DNA of 64,000 bases, from positions 120,218,001-120,282,000 of the forward strand of contig NC_042998.1 of assembly GCF_006345805.1 (NCBI RefSeq), read 5' to 3'. The notes beneath the pieces are model-generated. The model did no database searches and was not told the DNA's origin. It was given only the letters and a program-made list of their open reading frames with translations. Position 1 is the first letter of the stretch, and the number at the start of each line of letters is the position of its first letter. This DNA comes from Octopus sinensis. Taxonomy: Eukaryota. This document shows positions 52,505 to 64,000 of the stretch, piece after piece. A program made the position numbers and the translations under genes.

Positions 52505-53435
52505 CTGGATGTGCAATGTCAGTGTCCATGTTCGACAGAGTGTAAGCATCTTGAAAGAAAAGTTAGGCATAAAAGGTATCAGATGTGATGTGCAAGAGAG
52601 ACTAATGTGCTGGCATGGTTGTGTGATGCGTATGGACGAGGACAGCTGCGTAATGAAGTGCTGACCCCTAACTGTGGAGAGAACCTGTGGTAGAAGTAGT
52701 CCCAGGAAGAAATGGGATAAGGTGGTGAAACATGATCTCCAAACTTTGGGCCTCACAGAGGCAATGACTAGTGACCGAGACCTTTGGCAATATGCTGTGC
52801 TTAAGAAGACCCATCAAGCGAAGTGAAATCACAGTTGTAGCTGATGCTTGTGTCACATAGCCAGTACCCGTGCTGGTGGTATGTAGAAAGCATCTTTCGA
52901 GCATTGAGCCTCACAGAGGCAGTGGTTGAGCTCCTTTTGAATGTTGGACCTCACAGAGGCAATGTTTGAGACTATTGGCATTATCTTGTGCTTGAGAAGA
53001 AGACCCATCAAGCCAAGTAAAATCACAGTCATGGCAGATACGGGTGTCATGCAAATGGCACCTGTGCTGGTGGTACATAAAAGAACCTTTTGAGCATTGG
53101 GCCTCTTGGAGGCAAGGACCGAGACCATTTGGCATTATGCCAGGCTTCAAGTGTTGGGCCTCATGGAGGTAATGACCAAATCCATTTAGCATTATGTTGT
53201 GCTTGAGAAGAGGACCCATCAAGCCAAGTAAAACCACAGTCATGGCAGATACCAGTGTTATGCAAATGGTATGTAAAAGCACCCATTACACTCAGAGTGG
53301 TTTGTGTTAGGAAGGGCATCCAGCCATAGAAACCATGCCAAAACAGACTAATGTCTGGTGCATCCTTCCAGTTTGCCAGCCCTGGTCAAACCAGCCAACT
53401 CATGCCAGCATGGACAATGGACGTTAAATGATGAT
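52505..53435 (+). mobile_element. RTE LINE 3' fragment with triplicated ~200-bp segment and (ATG)n tail
   Basis: WHGCVMRMDEDSCVMKC...GRSSPRKKWDKVVKHDLQTLGL; GACCCATCAAGC repeated near 52807, 53001, 53212. Confidence 0.85.
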
Positions 53436-54215
53436 GATCTAGTGTATAATTCTCTGATTTTGCTCACTTCTTTTATTTTGTTGCTAAATGTCTCTAGTAT
53501 AGTTTCCTCAGTCAACAATAGTTGTGTATTGAAAATGTTTGTGTTCAAGACATCTTGGTTCCAACTTCCATTTCTGTTTAAATATAGCAAAAATAGGAAG
53601 AATAAACTTAAAATATCTCAAATCCTTTCGACTATCTTTTAAAAGGAAAGCCATTCATTAGTGTAGTTGTAAATGTACAAAATGATAGAATTATACCTTT
53701 GATCATAAGTCTGTTCAATTAGAATTGATTTTGGACTAAATAACATTGTCCAATTTATCTTTATATTTTTAAAGATGGTTGTATGTGATTTGAGTGATAA
53801 TTGATTGCTATTCGTTTCTTGTTGGTTCTACATTATTGGTCAAACCCCAACACACACAGTTGTATTTATGTGCAATGAGATTCAAAATTATTAGAAATAA
53901 TAATCAGAGAATTGTGATAATAGCAGACCAATATTTAATTCTGTGCTGTAATTGTTACTTTTAATTCGGCTTTGTGTTTCAACTTAAAATCTGATATTTA
54001 AATGATGGGAAGCTAAGATTATATGTTGATAGATCTGATTCTCATACATTTGATTCATTTGGATATCATGCGCTCTAGATTTAATAGTGATTTATTCTAA
54101 TTAAAATTTTGTATGTAAAGATATGGTTAAAATATTTTTGCTTAAATGTAAGATATTTGAAATACATGGAAACATTCTTAATATATTATATTTTCTTCTC
54201 ACTCTTGTTTGTCAG

Positions 54216-54338
54216 ATGTTTGAATGGATTTCTCATAACAGAGACATGTTCCTAATAAATTACACAGAAATTGGCCCAACCCATCAAATGGCATTGGATT
54301 TAGACCAAGAACATAACCAATTTGCTGCCAGTGCAATG
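54216..54338 (+). CDS. TRIO: Trio/Kalirin exon, spectrin repeat (MFEWISHNRDMFLINYTEIGPTHQMALDLDQEHNQFAASAM)
   Basis: ttgtttgtcag acceptor, ATG|gtaagt donor; 123 nt, phase 0 to 0. Matches MFDWITHNKGLFLNSYTEIG...QHNHFAMNCM. Confidence 0.95.
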
Positions 54339-56162
54339 GTAAGTTAATTAGCCTGTTCTGTGCAGTATCATATATGTATCTTTATGCTTTCCATGTGTTA
54401 TTCAGGAAATAGCTTCAGTTTTCCAATCATCCCTGTCATTTTAGGCTGCTTTCTTAAGAAAATATTTTTAAAGTTTTCAGAAAATACTTTTAAACAATAG
54501 ATTAATGATTTTACAAGATTTAAATACATTTATGATATATTTCAACCAAAGATTTAGAATATTGGTTTCAAATTTTGACACAAGGCCAGAAATTGTGGGG
54601 GAGGGTACAAATAGATTACATTGACCCCAGCGCTCAACTGGTATTTATTTCATCGACTCTGACAGAATGAAAAGCAAAGTCAACATCAGCTTAATTTGAA
54701 AAACATTTGGAATATTGAAATATTTTCATATATTTATATTACAACATTGTGCAAAAACATTGAGGATATTATAATATTTTAATGCATACAGGTACAATCA
54801 TATTTTAATACATATATTTTGCCATTTCAATTATGATATAACAATATTTTCATAATAAATTTTTGATATTAGAATATTTGAACAATACTGTCCATGTATA
54901 ACAGGAATACATTTACGATATTACAATATATGAACAATAATAATCTAATTTCTAACTCAAAATGTTTTTATATAAACTGTGAAGTTATTGTGGTGAATCA
55001 TAAGATCAGAGGTTCAGATCTTACTGCTGTCATCATTTTTGCATATCTAAACAAAGCACATTACATTACTTGCTTGAATAATATTCACAAAAGTCAATAA
55101 GTTTGTATTCTTCCAAGAGAGAATTTTAACCTGTTGAAGAACCCTGTCTGAAATGGCAATCCTCCCTTCTCCTTAGGTTACATATTTATTCTATTTTGTA
55201 AGATTATTGAACAAATTTTTGTCAATACAGACGTCCTCAGTGATGTCATTGAAACTCTTCTTTAGGTGTTCTACTTTGACATTATCTTATGTAACCCTAT
55301 AAACCCTAAAACATGACCCATCCACACTGTTCCAAATAAAGAGGAAAACTACCTGGTGTTTTATTTTCTGCTTATTCCAGTTTGTTTGAGCCAAACAAAC
55401 TCCTTCCTTGTTGAGTAGTTAGCAGTAAGAAGAACATTGCCCAGCTGTAGAAATAACTGATCCAACAGACAAACAAATCTACAAAATTTTAAGTAAATGT
55501 AAAGTACAATAAATAAACATAAAAAAAGTAATAAATGATTTATCAAACTATTTTTAAGGTGAGACAAGTTATTGAACCATTCTTAATACTCAGTTGGTAT
55601 TCATTTTATTAGCTCCAGATGGAATCAAAACCAAATTGACCCAAGCTGAGTTCCATGTTTTCAGATAATGCCAATAGCTAATGCACTGGACATTGCTTAT
55701 TGGTTCTTCTTATATGAATCTGCAGAACTTTGTCATTTTACCATATCTTAAACCTCTGTCTTCTTCCCTACTAACTCTTTATCTCTGATTATTAAATTCT
55801 TTAAACTCCTTTGTTGATGGCACAGTTCTCTTTACCTGACACCTATCAATCTATTTTACCTGGTAGACTTGTTCATTATTAATAGTGAAGGAAACACTAA
55901 TCCAGTTAATACTGCAAGCATGATAACTTTATTAATCTTATTGAAATGGCATTAAGTGTACCTAAATAGCTCCTACCTTAAAGTACTGATCTTATTGCTT
56001 ACTTTTCAGATTCTATTTAGAAGAAAGCTTTTCCTCTAAATAAGGATACCTTTGTTATTAATAGCTTTAAGCTTCTGTTCCCCTGTCTTTCTCTGCAATT
56101 CCCCTTCTATAGTTATGCTATTCCACCAAAGTGGTCAGATGTTTTGCCATCTCTATATTTTT

Positions 56163-56194
<32 letters not shown>

Positions 56195-57009
56195 AGTCTA
56201 TCCATTATTTCAGTGTTAACCACACTTTTATACATTAATGCAACCTTCGTCTTATCAACTATGACTAAAATAGTGGTTTCTAACATAGACACAAAACTAG
56301 AAATTTGGTGGTTGGTGAGGATCATACAATTCCCTCAACTCCACTATTTGACTGGTATTTTATTTAATGAAGCCTAAATGATGAAAGGTAAAGTTATTCT
56401 CAGGATTTGAATTCAAAATATAAAAACCCATCGCTATATACTTTTAGTTATTTTTTCTGATGCTCTATTGACTTTTGCACTCTTTCCTTTCCAATAATAA
56501 ATAAGAAGAATAATCTTACTACAGACAGAAGGCCTAGAATTTTGGGAACGAAGAGTTTATTTGATTACATTTGTTCCCAGTGCTCAACTGGTTCTATTTT
56601 ATGAACTCTGAAAGGGTGAAAAGTTGACCTCAGAGGCATTTGAATTTAAAATGAAAACCTGAAGAAATGCTGCTAAGTATTTTGTTTGATACAGTAACAA
56701 TTCTGTCGGCTCTCCATTTTAATAATAAAGATAATAATAATAATAATAATAATAATAATCCTTTCTATTATAGGCAAAAAGCTTGAAATTTATGGGGAGG
56801 GAGATAGTAAACTACATCAACCTTTGTGCTTGATTGGTACATTTTTCATTGTCTTGAGAAAGATGAAAGACAAAGTTGATCATTGCAAGATTTGAATTCA
56901 GGACATAAAGACGGGCAAAATGCCACTAAGCATTTAGTCTGGCATGATAACATTTCTGCCAGCCCACTGCCTTAATAATAATGATGATGATGATGATGAT
57001 TGTTAATAA

Positions 57010-57260
57010 TAATAAATAATTGGTGCACTGGAAACAGTATGCCAAAATATAGACAAATGGCTGAAGGAGATTGAAATAGAATGCCTGATAGAGCTCCTAC
57101 AGAAAGTTTTTCTCTTAGGTACAGCAAGAATTATCAGGAGGGTTATAAGCACTTGAAAGACTACTGGAAATTTATGGAGACCTAAGGTTACTGGTAATAA
57201 CCCACTGTCCACATAATTCGTACCAGGAATAAGGTAGAACCTGAGCCAAGCTATTATAAT
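57010..57260 (+). mobile_element. R4/Dong-like element 3' end in (TAA)n
   Basis: IIGALETVCQNIDKWLKEIEIECLIELLQKVFLLGTARIIRRVIST*; same family as 23930-25050. Confidence 0.8.
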
Positions 57261-57289
57261 AATAATAATAATTGATGTAAAAGATGAGC

Positions 57290-57750
57290 TACAGCAACTA
57301 TTCTGCTCAATACCTCAGATTTGCTTGTCAGTTGTTTGACCCTTACCAGTTGAGCATGTCCATTAGTGGTTGACGATATGTGCATCCCTGATCACTAGCA
57401 GAAGTAGCAAGAGAGCATCATACCCATGTGTTGAGAGGAATTCTTTGAGGTTTGAATAATTCACCTCTGGAAACATAGACGTTTCATTTGACATCCTTTA
57501 AACAAGCCTTATTTAGGGATCTTTTGAGTAGGATGAGCTACTCAACCTGAAGAAAATACTAACTGGGCCCCACCTGCAAGATCATGCGCTGTTTATCTCA
57601 ATATGAGATCACCATATTGCGCACATATAGATGTGATGCATGTGCCTGGTGTACCCTTATCAGACGAGTAGTCATGATGGGTATATTGGGCTTTGTATAT
57701 TTTACCTCTGTGTCATTTTGATGGCATGCACTGCTCTCTCTCAATAATAA
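57290..57750 (+). mobile_element. ~460-bp non-coding interspersed repeat with (AAT)n tail
   Basis: Second copy at 42925-43165; sits between (AAT)n tracts. Confidence 0.75.
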
Positions 57751-58839
57751 TGATAAAAATAACATCAATAATGAAGATGATGATTCCCAACATTGCTGTT
57801 ATGGCATTTTTCAAGAAGTGAAATGCATTAAGTCAAACCCATTAGTTATTAATACTCTGTTTCTCTATCCAGAAATTTTGTGTTGACAGGATTGGAACTC
57901 AAATATAAAGGGACATAACTACATACTACAAGCCTTCTAACTTTTTAAGAATTCTACTAGTCATGGCTACTTAGCATCATCATCATCAACATTTTATGTT
58001 CACTTTCCCATGCTTGCTTGGATTAACTGTCTTCTATAGCACAATGTCTCATTATTTGTTGCAGATCTTTGTTTAGTTTAGCCTCTTGAGATCAGCTTTT
58101 ATCACTTTCGTGCATTCCTTGGTCTTCCTCACTTGCATTATCCCTTCATGTGGAACAGAGTATGCTTGCTTCAATTCTTTCCAACTTTTATATTTTGTTC
58201 CCATGATTCAATCATGAAATATGATACTTTACTCACAAGCATTATACAATTTTCCAGTGCTTTGATAACAATCACTTCCCCTCTTAATTAGGCCCCCTTG
58301 ATGCCAGAAACTATCAACCTATAGGAAAACTTCCAAATATTTGGAAAAAAATTATTTCATATTTGCTGCTACTGCTGATTTAACCCTGTGCATTTGTTAT
58401 ATATGAAATATTTTTGTTTGATCCCACTTCTCTTGTGCATCCATAGTTTACATAGAGTACACTGTATTGCATTCTTAGAATTTTTGTCTTTACTAAGTTT
58501 ACTTTGCTAGGCTTACTTGGTTCTTGGATTTGCTGCTAAGTTTAGAATTTCTTCTCTAATTACTTGATAGATTTAGCTACAAGAACTAAGTCATTGGTAT
58601 TATCAGCACTCAGATGTTTCCAATGTCAGCCAGTTTCAAATTCCTTTATTAGGGCCTAATGAACCATAATAAACAGGAGAGGAGGAGAGCTGAGAATTGA
58701 GCTCTGATGGCCTTTATAAAACTAGTTGCTAATGGAATTTCTGTACATGACTTACACAGCTCTCATAAGCCATTCATTTACAGTTTTTTCTCTTAGGCAA
58801 TTAACAAACTTCAGCGTATAGTACCCTGCCTAAAGCCTT

Positions 58840-59400
58840 CTCCATTTGATGAAAACTAGTTGTCTCACTTGTGGGAAGGCATTGATAATATTCCATCATC
58901 ATCATCCTGATACAAATATGAACTGTCTCATCCAAACTAGTTCACTTCCTAATCAGTTGTGCTATCACTCTTTCATTTACATTCACAACCTGGTATCATG
59001 CCTCTGCAGTTGTTTTTTTCTCAAGCATTTCTGTTTCCCTTGTAGTAGTTTAATGATGATACTGCTACACCTGTCTTTGAGAATGATCCCTACCTGTACT
59101 GTGCAAATGATTAGAGCATGTCCTGTTTCACCAGATATTTTCAGTATCTCAGTGAATATCCTTGATAATTCAGCTATTTTCCCTGCCTTCATATCCTTAA
59201 TTGCACCTTTGATCATAAAGTTATCAAAGTCAGTTGTTTGTCTATCTGTTTGGTCTACTTGTTATAGACCCACTCTCCCTACTCTTTTTATGCAGCAAAT
59301 TCTATTAACCATATTTCCATGGCTATTTCTTGCTCAGTCAGTGAAGGCAGGTTTGCTTCTATCATTCCATACAAGCTTTTTCCCAACATTTTAATTTGCA
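58840..59400 (-). mobile_element. Degenerate RTE LINE RT N-terminal fragment
   Basis: IKGAIKDMKAGKIAELSRIFTEILKISGETG...CYKGNRNALEKNNCRG; homologous to 39280-39480. Confidence 0.7.
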
Positions 59401-60205
59401 CTGGTACACTGCTTTATAATCTAGAATACTTTTGGTGAATCCCTTACTTTCAGCTTCTCTCCTTGTTACATACATGTGATGTCTACCTTTTCTTCTAAGT
59501 GTGATCTTCCCAGGCCTACCTTTTATTTTTTTATGGGTCTATCTGTGTTATGCCAGTTTACCACCATGTCACTTTTCCTCAGGGTTGAACCATACTTCAT
59601 CCATAGATGTGGTCTGTAGTTTACAGCAAGTTATTTCCTTAACTTGCAACTCCATAATGCACATCTTCAGTACCTTGTTACTGAATGCATTAAATGCTCA
59701 AAAGCTACTTGCTTGAAATTGGAGTGTGTCTTCATCATCAGCTATTTCATCAATGAATATTTGCTATGAATAACTATGATGTTATTTTGTCTTTTTGTAT
59801 TGGTCTTTCTGTCTCTCATTATCTTGCTACTAACGTACTTTGAAAGATCTGTAGTTATCTCTGTATTTTCAAGTAATAATTTAAATCTACTTAACTTTCA
59901 TTGTAGATCTTAAAACAGTTTTAAAAATGAAAAATAAAATTATCTAAAAACATTCTGTTCTAATTCAAAAAATTACAAAATTGATTGAAACAAACATAAA
60001 TTGTAAATTTATGTTTGCTATAAACTCAATATAAATGGTAAATTACATCATAAGGAGTAACTAAGAACCGAGAAGGAACTTGAAATGTGATAAGATAGGG
60101 AATTCAAGTCATGTTCTCAGGCCTATTCTCTTTTGTTCCAAGTTAGTGCTTATAATGTTAGTGATGAAACATAAAATGGCTATTTATATATATATATACT
60201 GGATT

Positions 60206-60237
<32 letters not shown>

Positions 60238-61979
60238 TTTAACGAGATCATAAATACACTTTAGTTTTTTAATTGTTTCTGTTAGATTTTACTTGACGAT
60301 GAATTTATATCATTAAAAAAAACAAGGAAAATTCATTTACATTCAGCAGAATATCAAAGTGGCATTTGAGCTTCTTGTGAAATTTTCATATATTTCTAAT
60401 AGGTTTTTAGATTTTGTTTTATAATCAATGTTATTACTCATAAATTCATGGTGCTAACAACTGTTCCTGATGATAAACTAAATAAATTAGAAATTGGAGG
60501 TGATATTTGTAAGCTGATGCTCGGTGATTTGTGACAGAAACAGAAGGGAAGAAATATCTGTAAAGGCTGTATAATGTATTCAAAACCAATTGAAATTAAA
60601 TTGCTTTGCTTTTATTTTTGTTGTTGCAATCTCTTCAGTATCCATCTATCTTTTCTGCCCATCATTGCTGGGAAGGTTGTTGGGGTAGAGTCTTCAGGCA
60701 CCTCATCTATAGGGTCCTGTCAGAAGCAACTGTCATAAGACTTTCTGGCTGGATTCCTAGTTGCTACCAACTGAGACTAGGGATATTATCCAACTATCTC
60801 ATTCTTGGCCTGCTCCTAGGTCTCTTGCCATTTGGCTCAGCTTGAAGAATCTGTCTTTACTAAGTTTACTAAGTCTGGCAATTCTTTCCTGAAACATTCT
60901 GATTACATGTCCATAATACCTGAACTGTAGCCTCTCAGTGTAGAGAAGTAGAGTCTTCCTGATCTCCAAGTTTTGCATCCTGTCTAATAATGTTACTCCA
61001 GAGATCTTTTGGCCGTTTGTAGTCATGATTGTACCCTTTGTCATTACTCAACATTCATGACCATGAGTGAGGATAGGTGTTAAAGCCAAATTGATGAGAG
61101 CAAGTTAGGCTTTTTTTCTTTAACCTCTCCTCTTTTAAGGATTTAGGGTAAATCTAGCTGAAATGGAGCTCTAATATTATATTGTGTAAATATTAATATA
61201 CACACTATTTACGAATATATACAAGTGCTCTTGTTTTTCTTCTTGACTTTTGGACTCTCAGCTGATTAATAACAATAACAACAGCTGCAATAAAAATCCA
61301 TTCAGTGTTGCCCTCTATCTACACTGACCACATCTCTCAGTCCTTTTTCTACCATTGTTGCTTCAGCTACTACTACGTTTACTACTACTGCTGTTACTAC
61401 TATTCCTACTACTTCTCTGTTCAGGCTACTGCTGCTACTACTTCTACTTCTGCCATCATTGCTACTACTATGGTCTCAGCTGCTGATATTTTTTCTTTTT
61501 TTTCTATTGTTCTTCTTAATGCTGGTCCCCACTTATATAACATAGAAGGTCCCCTCCCTGTGTATCCTGCTTCAACACCACCATCTGGCCCTTGCATGCA
61601 TTCAGACCAGGCCTCCAGTTTTGGGCTATCTATGACAAACCCCTATACTATGATGTGCAAAAAAATATATTTGCCCCTGCCAATTACCACTTCTTCTCAA
61701 AATCTAAGGACTTTTTTTAATAGTATAGCTCCCACACTTCACCACTTACATGCAAACCATGTATCCCATTTCTCTCTGAAACACAAATTCCACCTCTGTC
61801 TACACTCTATCCCTGCTGTCCAGGATACACTGTCTATTTGAAGTTTGCTCCAAAAGGTGGCATCACCTGAATTTCTGCAATAACAACTTCCTGTTACTCT
61901 GGCTCAGAGTCTCTTTCCCCTCATTCTCTCAAATACATCTGCTCCCTCTCTCTCTCTCTGAACTCTTGAAACTACTTGC

Positions 61980-62805
61980 TTTTAAACCAAAGGGTGGGGT
62001 GCGTCCATCAGTGATTGAATGCCAATCAGTCGAGTGGCTTTTCTTTGGATGCTGTCCAGTATGTCAGTGCATGTAGCAACAACACTGTCCTAGTTGTGGG
62101 AACAGTACTCCATCATGGGCCTCACTTGAGCCTTGTAGGGTGTCAGTAGCTGTTGCAGACTGAAATATTTTCTGGCTCTGAAAAGAATGACCAGTTTTAG
62201 GGTTGAGATTCTAACTATGCTAAACACATGCTTTTGTCAGGAAGGACCCTTGGTAATAGTAAGGTCCAGCCATTGCAGCAACAGTGATGGCTTTACTTTA
62301 GTGCTGTTTATGTTTAGGAATATGGCACAGTGGTGTTTTGCTCCTATGAGTGGAGCTTGAACTTTTATTTTTTTTAATGCAGAGACCTCACTGAAGAATT
62401 CTCTCACAGTTTTCCTTTCCTGAAATGAATGCATCTTTGGTGTGTGGCATTAAGATGCATAGTTGGGGAAAGTTTGCAAGGAATGACAAGTCATGTCTTC
62501 TGCATAAGAGTGGGTGTTGAGGTGGCAGCTATTAGGTCATTGATGTATAGGAGGAGACAACAGAAAACCCAGAGTAACACTAAAGTTGAATGAAAATGAG
62601 GCAAAAGAAATTTATAGTCAACAGATGCCACAACAGTGCATAGCAGACATGCAAAAGTTTGCATGTCTGGCATACAAGAAAACTTTGCCAATGTCTAAAG
62701 CAATGACACTACTTTTATCAAACTTCTCTAAACCAGAAGCACATTAATGTGTGATATAAGACAAAAGATGGATCTGGCTCCATGGAAGTAGTACTGGTGG
62801 TTATT

Positions 62806-62836
<31 letters not shown>

Positions 62837-62970
62837 AAGTCAAGGTGTTGCATATGCCATTGTTAATGGCTGTCTCTATTACTATTACCGTAAAGATTTC
62901 AGAAGTGAAAGCAATAGGAAGATAGTTGCTTGGGTCAGAGTGATTACTTTTATTTGGAATTGAACATGCC
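61980..62970 (-). mobile_element. CR1/L2/Jockey-group LINE RT fragments
   Basis: NHSDPSNYLPIAFTS (RT domain start) and YKAQVRPMMEYCSH (C-terminal). Confidence 0.7.
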
Positions 62971-63004
62971 AAAGTACACTTCTAAAAGTTAGAATACATC
63001 CCCA

Positions 63005-63500
63005 CATCATCATCATCATCATTGTTTAACATCCACTTTCCATGCTGTTAATGGTTGGACGGTTTGACTGAGGACTGGCAAGCCAGAAGGCTGCACAAGG
63101 CTCCAATCCAATCTAGTAATGTTTCTACAGCTGGATGCCCTTCCTAACGCCAACCACTCTGAGAGTGTAGTGGGTGCTTTTGACGTGCCACTGGCATGGG
63201 AGCCAGTCAGGAGGCACTGGCAATGACCACACTTGAATGGTGCTTTTTACGTGCCACTAGCATAGGAACCAATCAGGCGGCACTGACAATGAGCATGCTC
63301 GAATGTTGCTTTTTATGTGCCACCGGCACGGGACCAGTAAGGTGGCACTGGCATCTCTCTTGCACATCACATCTGATGCTTCTTATGTCCAAATTTTTTC
63401 TCAGGGCACTTACACTCTGTCGTGTATGCACACTGACATCCAGCGAAGCATACTAGCTTCATTCCTTGCATGCTTACGCATGTCCTCAGCAGTCATGGCC
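63005..63500 (-). mobile_element. Short RTE-tailed element joined to RT remnant
   Basis: Family motifs plus MRKHARNEASMLRWMSVHTRQSVSALR. Confidence 0.8.
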
Positions 63501-64000
63501 CCCAAAAATTGATGAGTAAGGGAACAAGTTCTTGGGCATGCTGTTTGAGTCAAGTGGAAGGGACATTATCAAAGATGGTGGCCTTGTTGCTTTGAAGCAA
63601 CTGAAGGTATTTCTGCATTTAGCACATGTTATACAGGTTGGGATGTGGGTGTCTCCTTTCTGTACTTTCTATCATTTTTTGCAACAACCTCTGTTCCTTG
63701 GAGCAGGCTGGTCTCGTGCTTCCACCACTCAGTTGCCTCCAGCCCACTCGTATCTCCACCTCTCATCTCTCTTGTGTCTAATCTTCTCTGTCTCATACTA
63801 ACCCTTATACCCAGTCCATCTGAAATCTTCACCCTCTTTTGACTTTCCTGCAGGTGTTGACCTGCCACATTAATGGCATCATACTCACCTGTCTCAGAAA
63901 GCCAACCTCAGCAAATAAAAATATAAAATATACATATATTCACACAAATGCACATCCTTTTAGTCAGAGTACTTAAGCATCATTAATTCAAACCTTAGAA

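Noticed and set aside
55210-55250. CTGAGGA cgtc...gac aaaa (minus), possible decayed hammerhead
   Set aside because: GAAA is lost and no stem I partner exists.
54339-64000. Next Trio exon (expected NVYVNINRI-like peptide)
   Set aside because: No matching peptide with splice sites found; it probably lies beyond the window.

Overview
AT-rich, microsatellite- and retroelement-dense metazoan DNA. The repeat families and composition point to an octopus-type cephalopod genome; this is an inference. The only host gene I can support is a + strand Trio/Kalirin RhoGEF. Seven consecutive GT-AG exons at 37932-54338 splice in frame and encode most of the N-terminal SEC14/CRAL-TRIO domain plus the first spectrin repeats. 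I could not find the preceding conserved exon or the following exon, so 1-37.9 kb and 54.3-64 kb look intronic. The rest is a nest of elements: RTE LINE fragments, short RTE-tailed elements, tRNA-derived SINEs, R4/Dong-like fragments, a CR1/L2-group fragment, a split Penelope-like element, a piggyBac transposase half, TTAA MITEs, a Helitron-like element, a mariner scrap, and mini/microsatellites. The most interesting signal is a set of minimal hammerhead-ribozyme motifs. One sits in a discrete 568-bp insertion with a 15-bp target-site duplication (8130-8697). One sits at the centre of a ~260-bp fold-back just upstream of a Trio exon. Two more are decayed. There is also a frame-compatible candidate alternative N-terminus for Trio. 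No prokaryotic system or CRISPR array is present. Repeat boundaries are approximate unless TSDs or TIRs are given.
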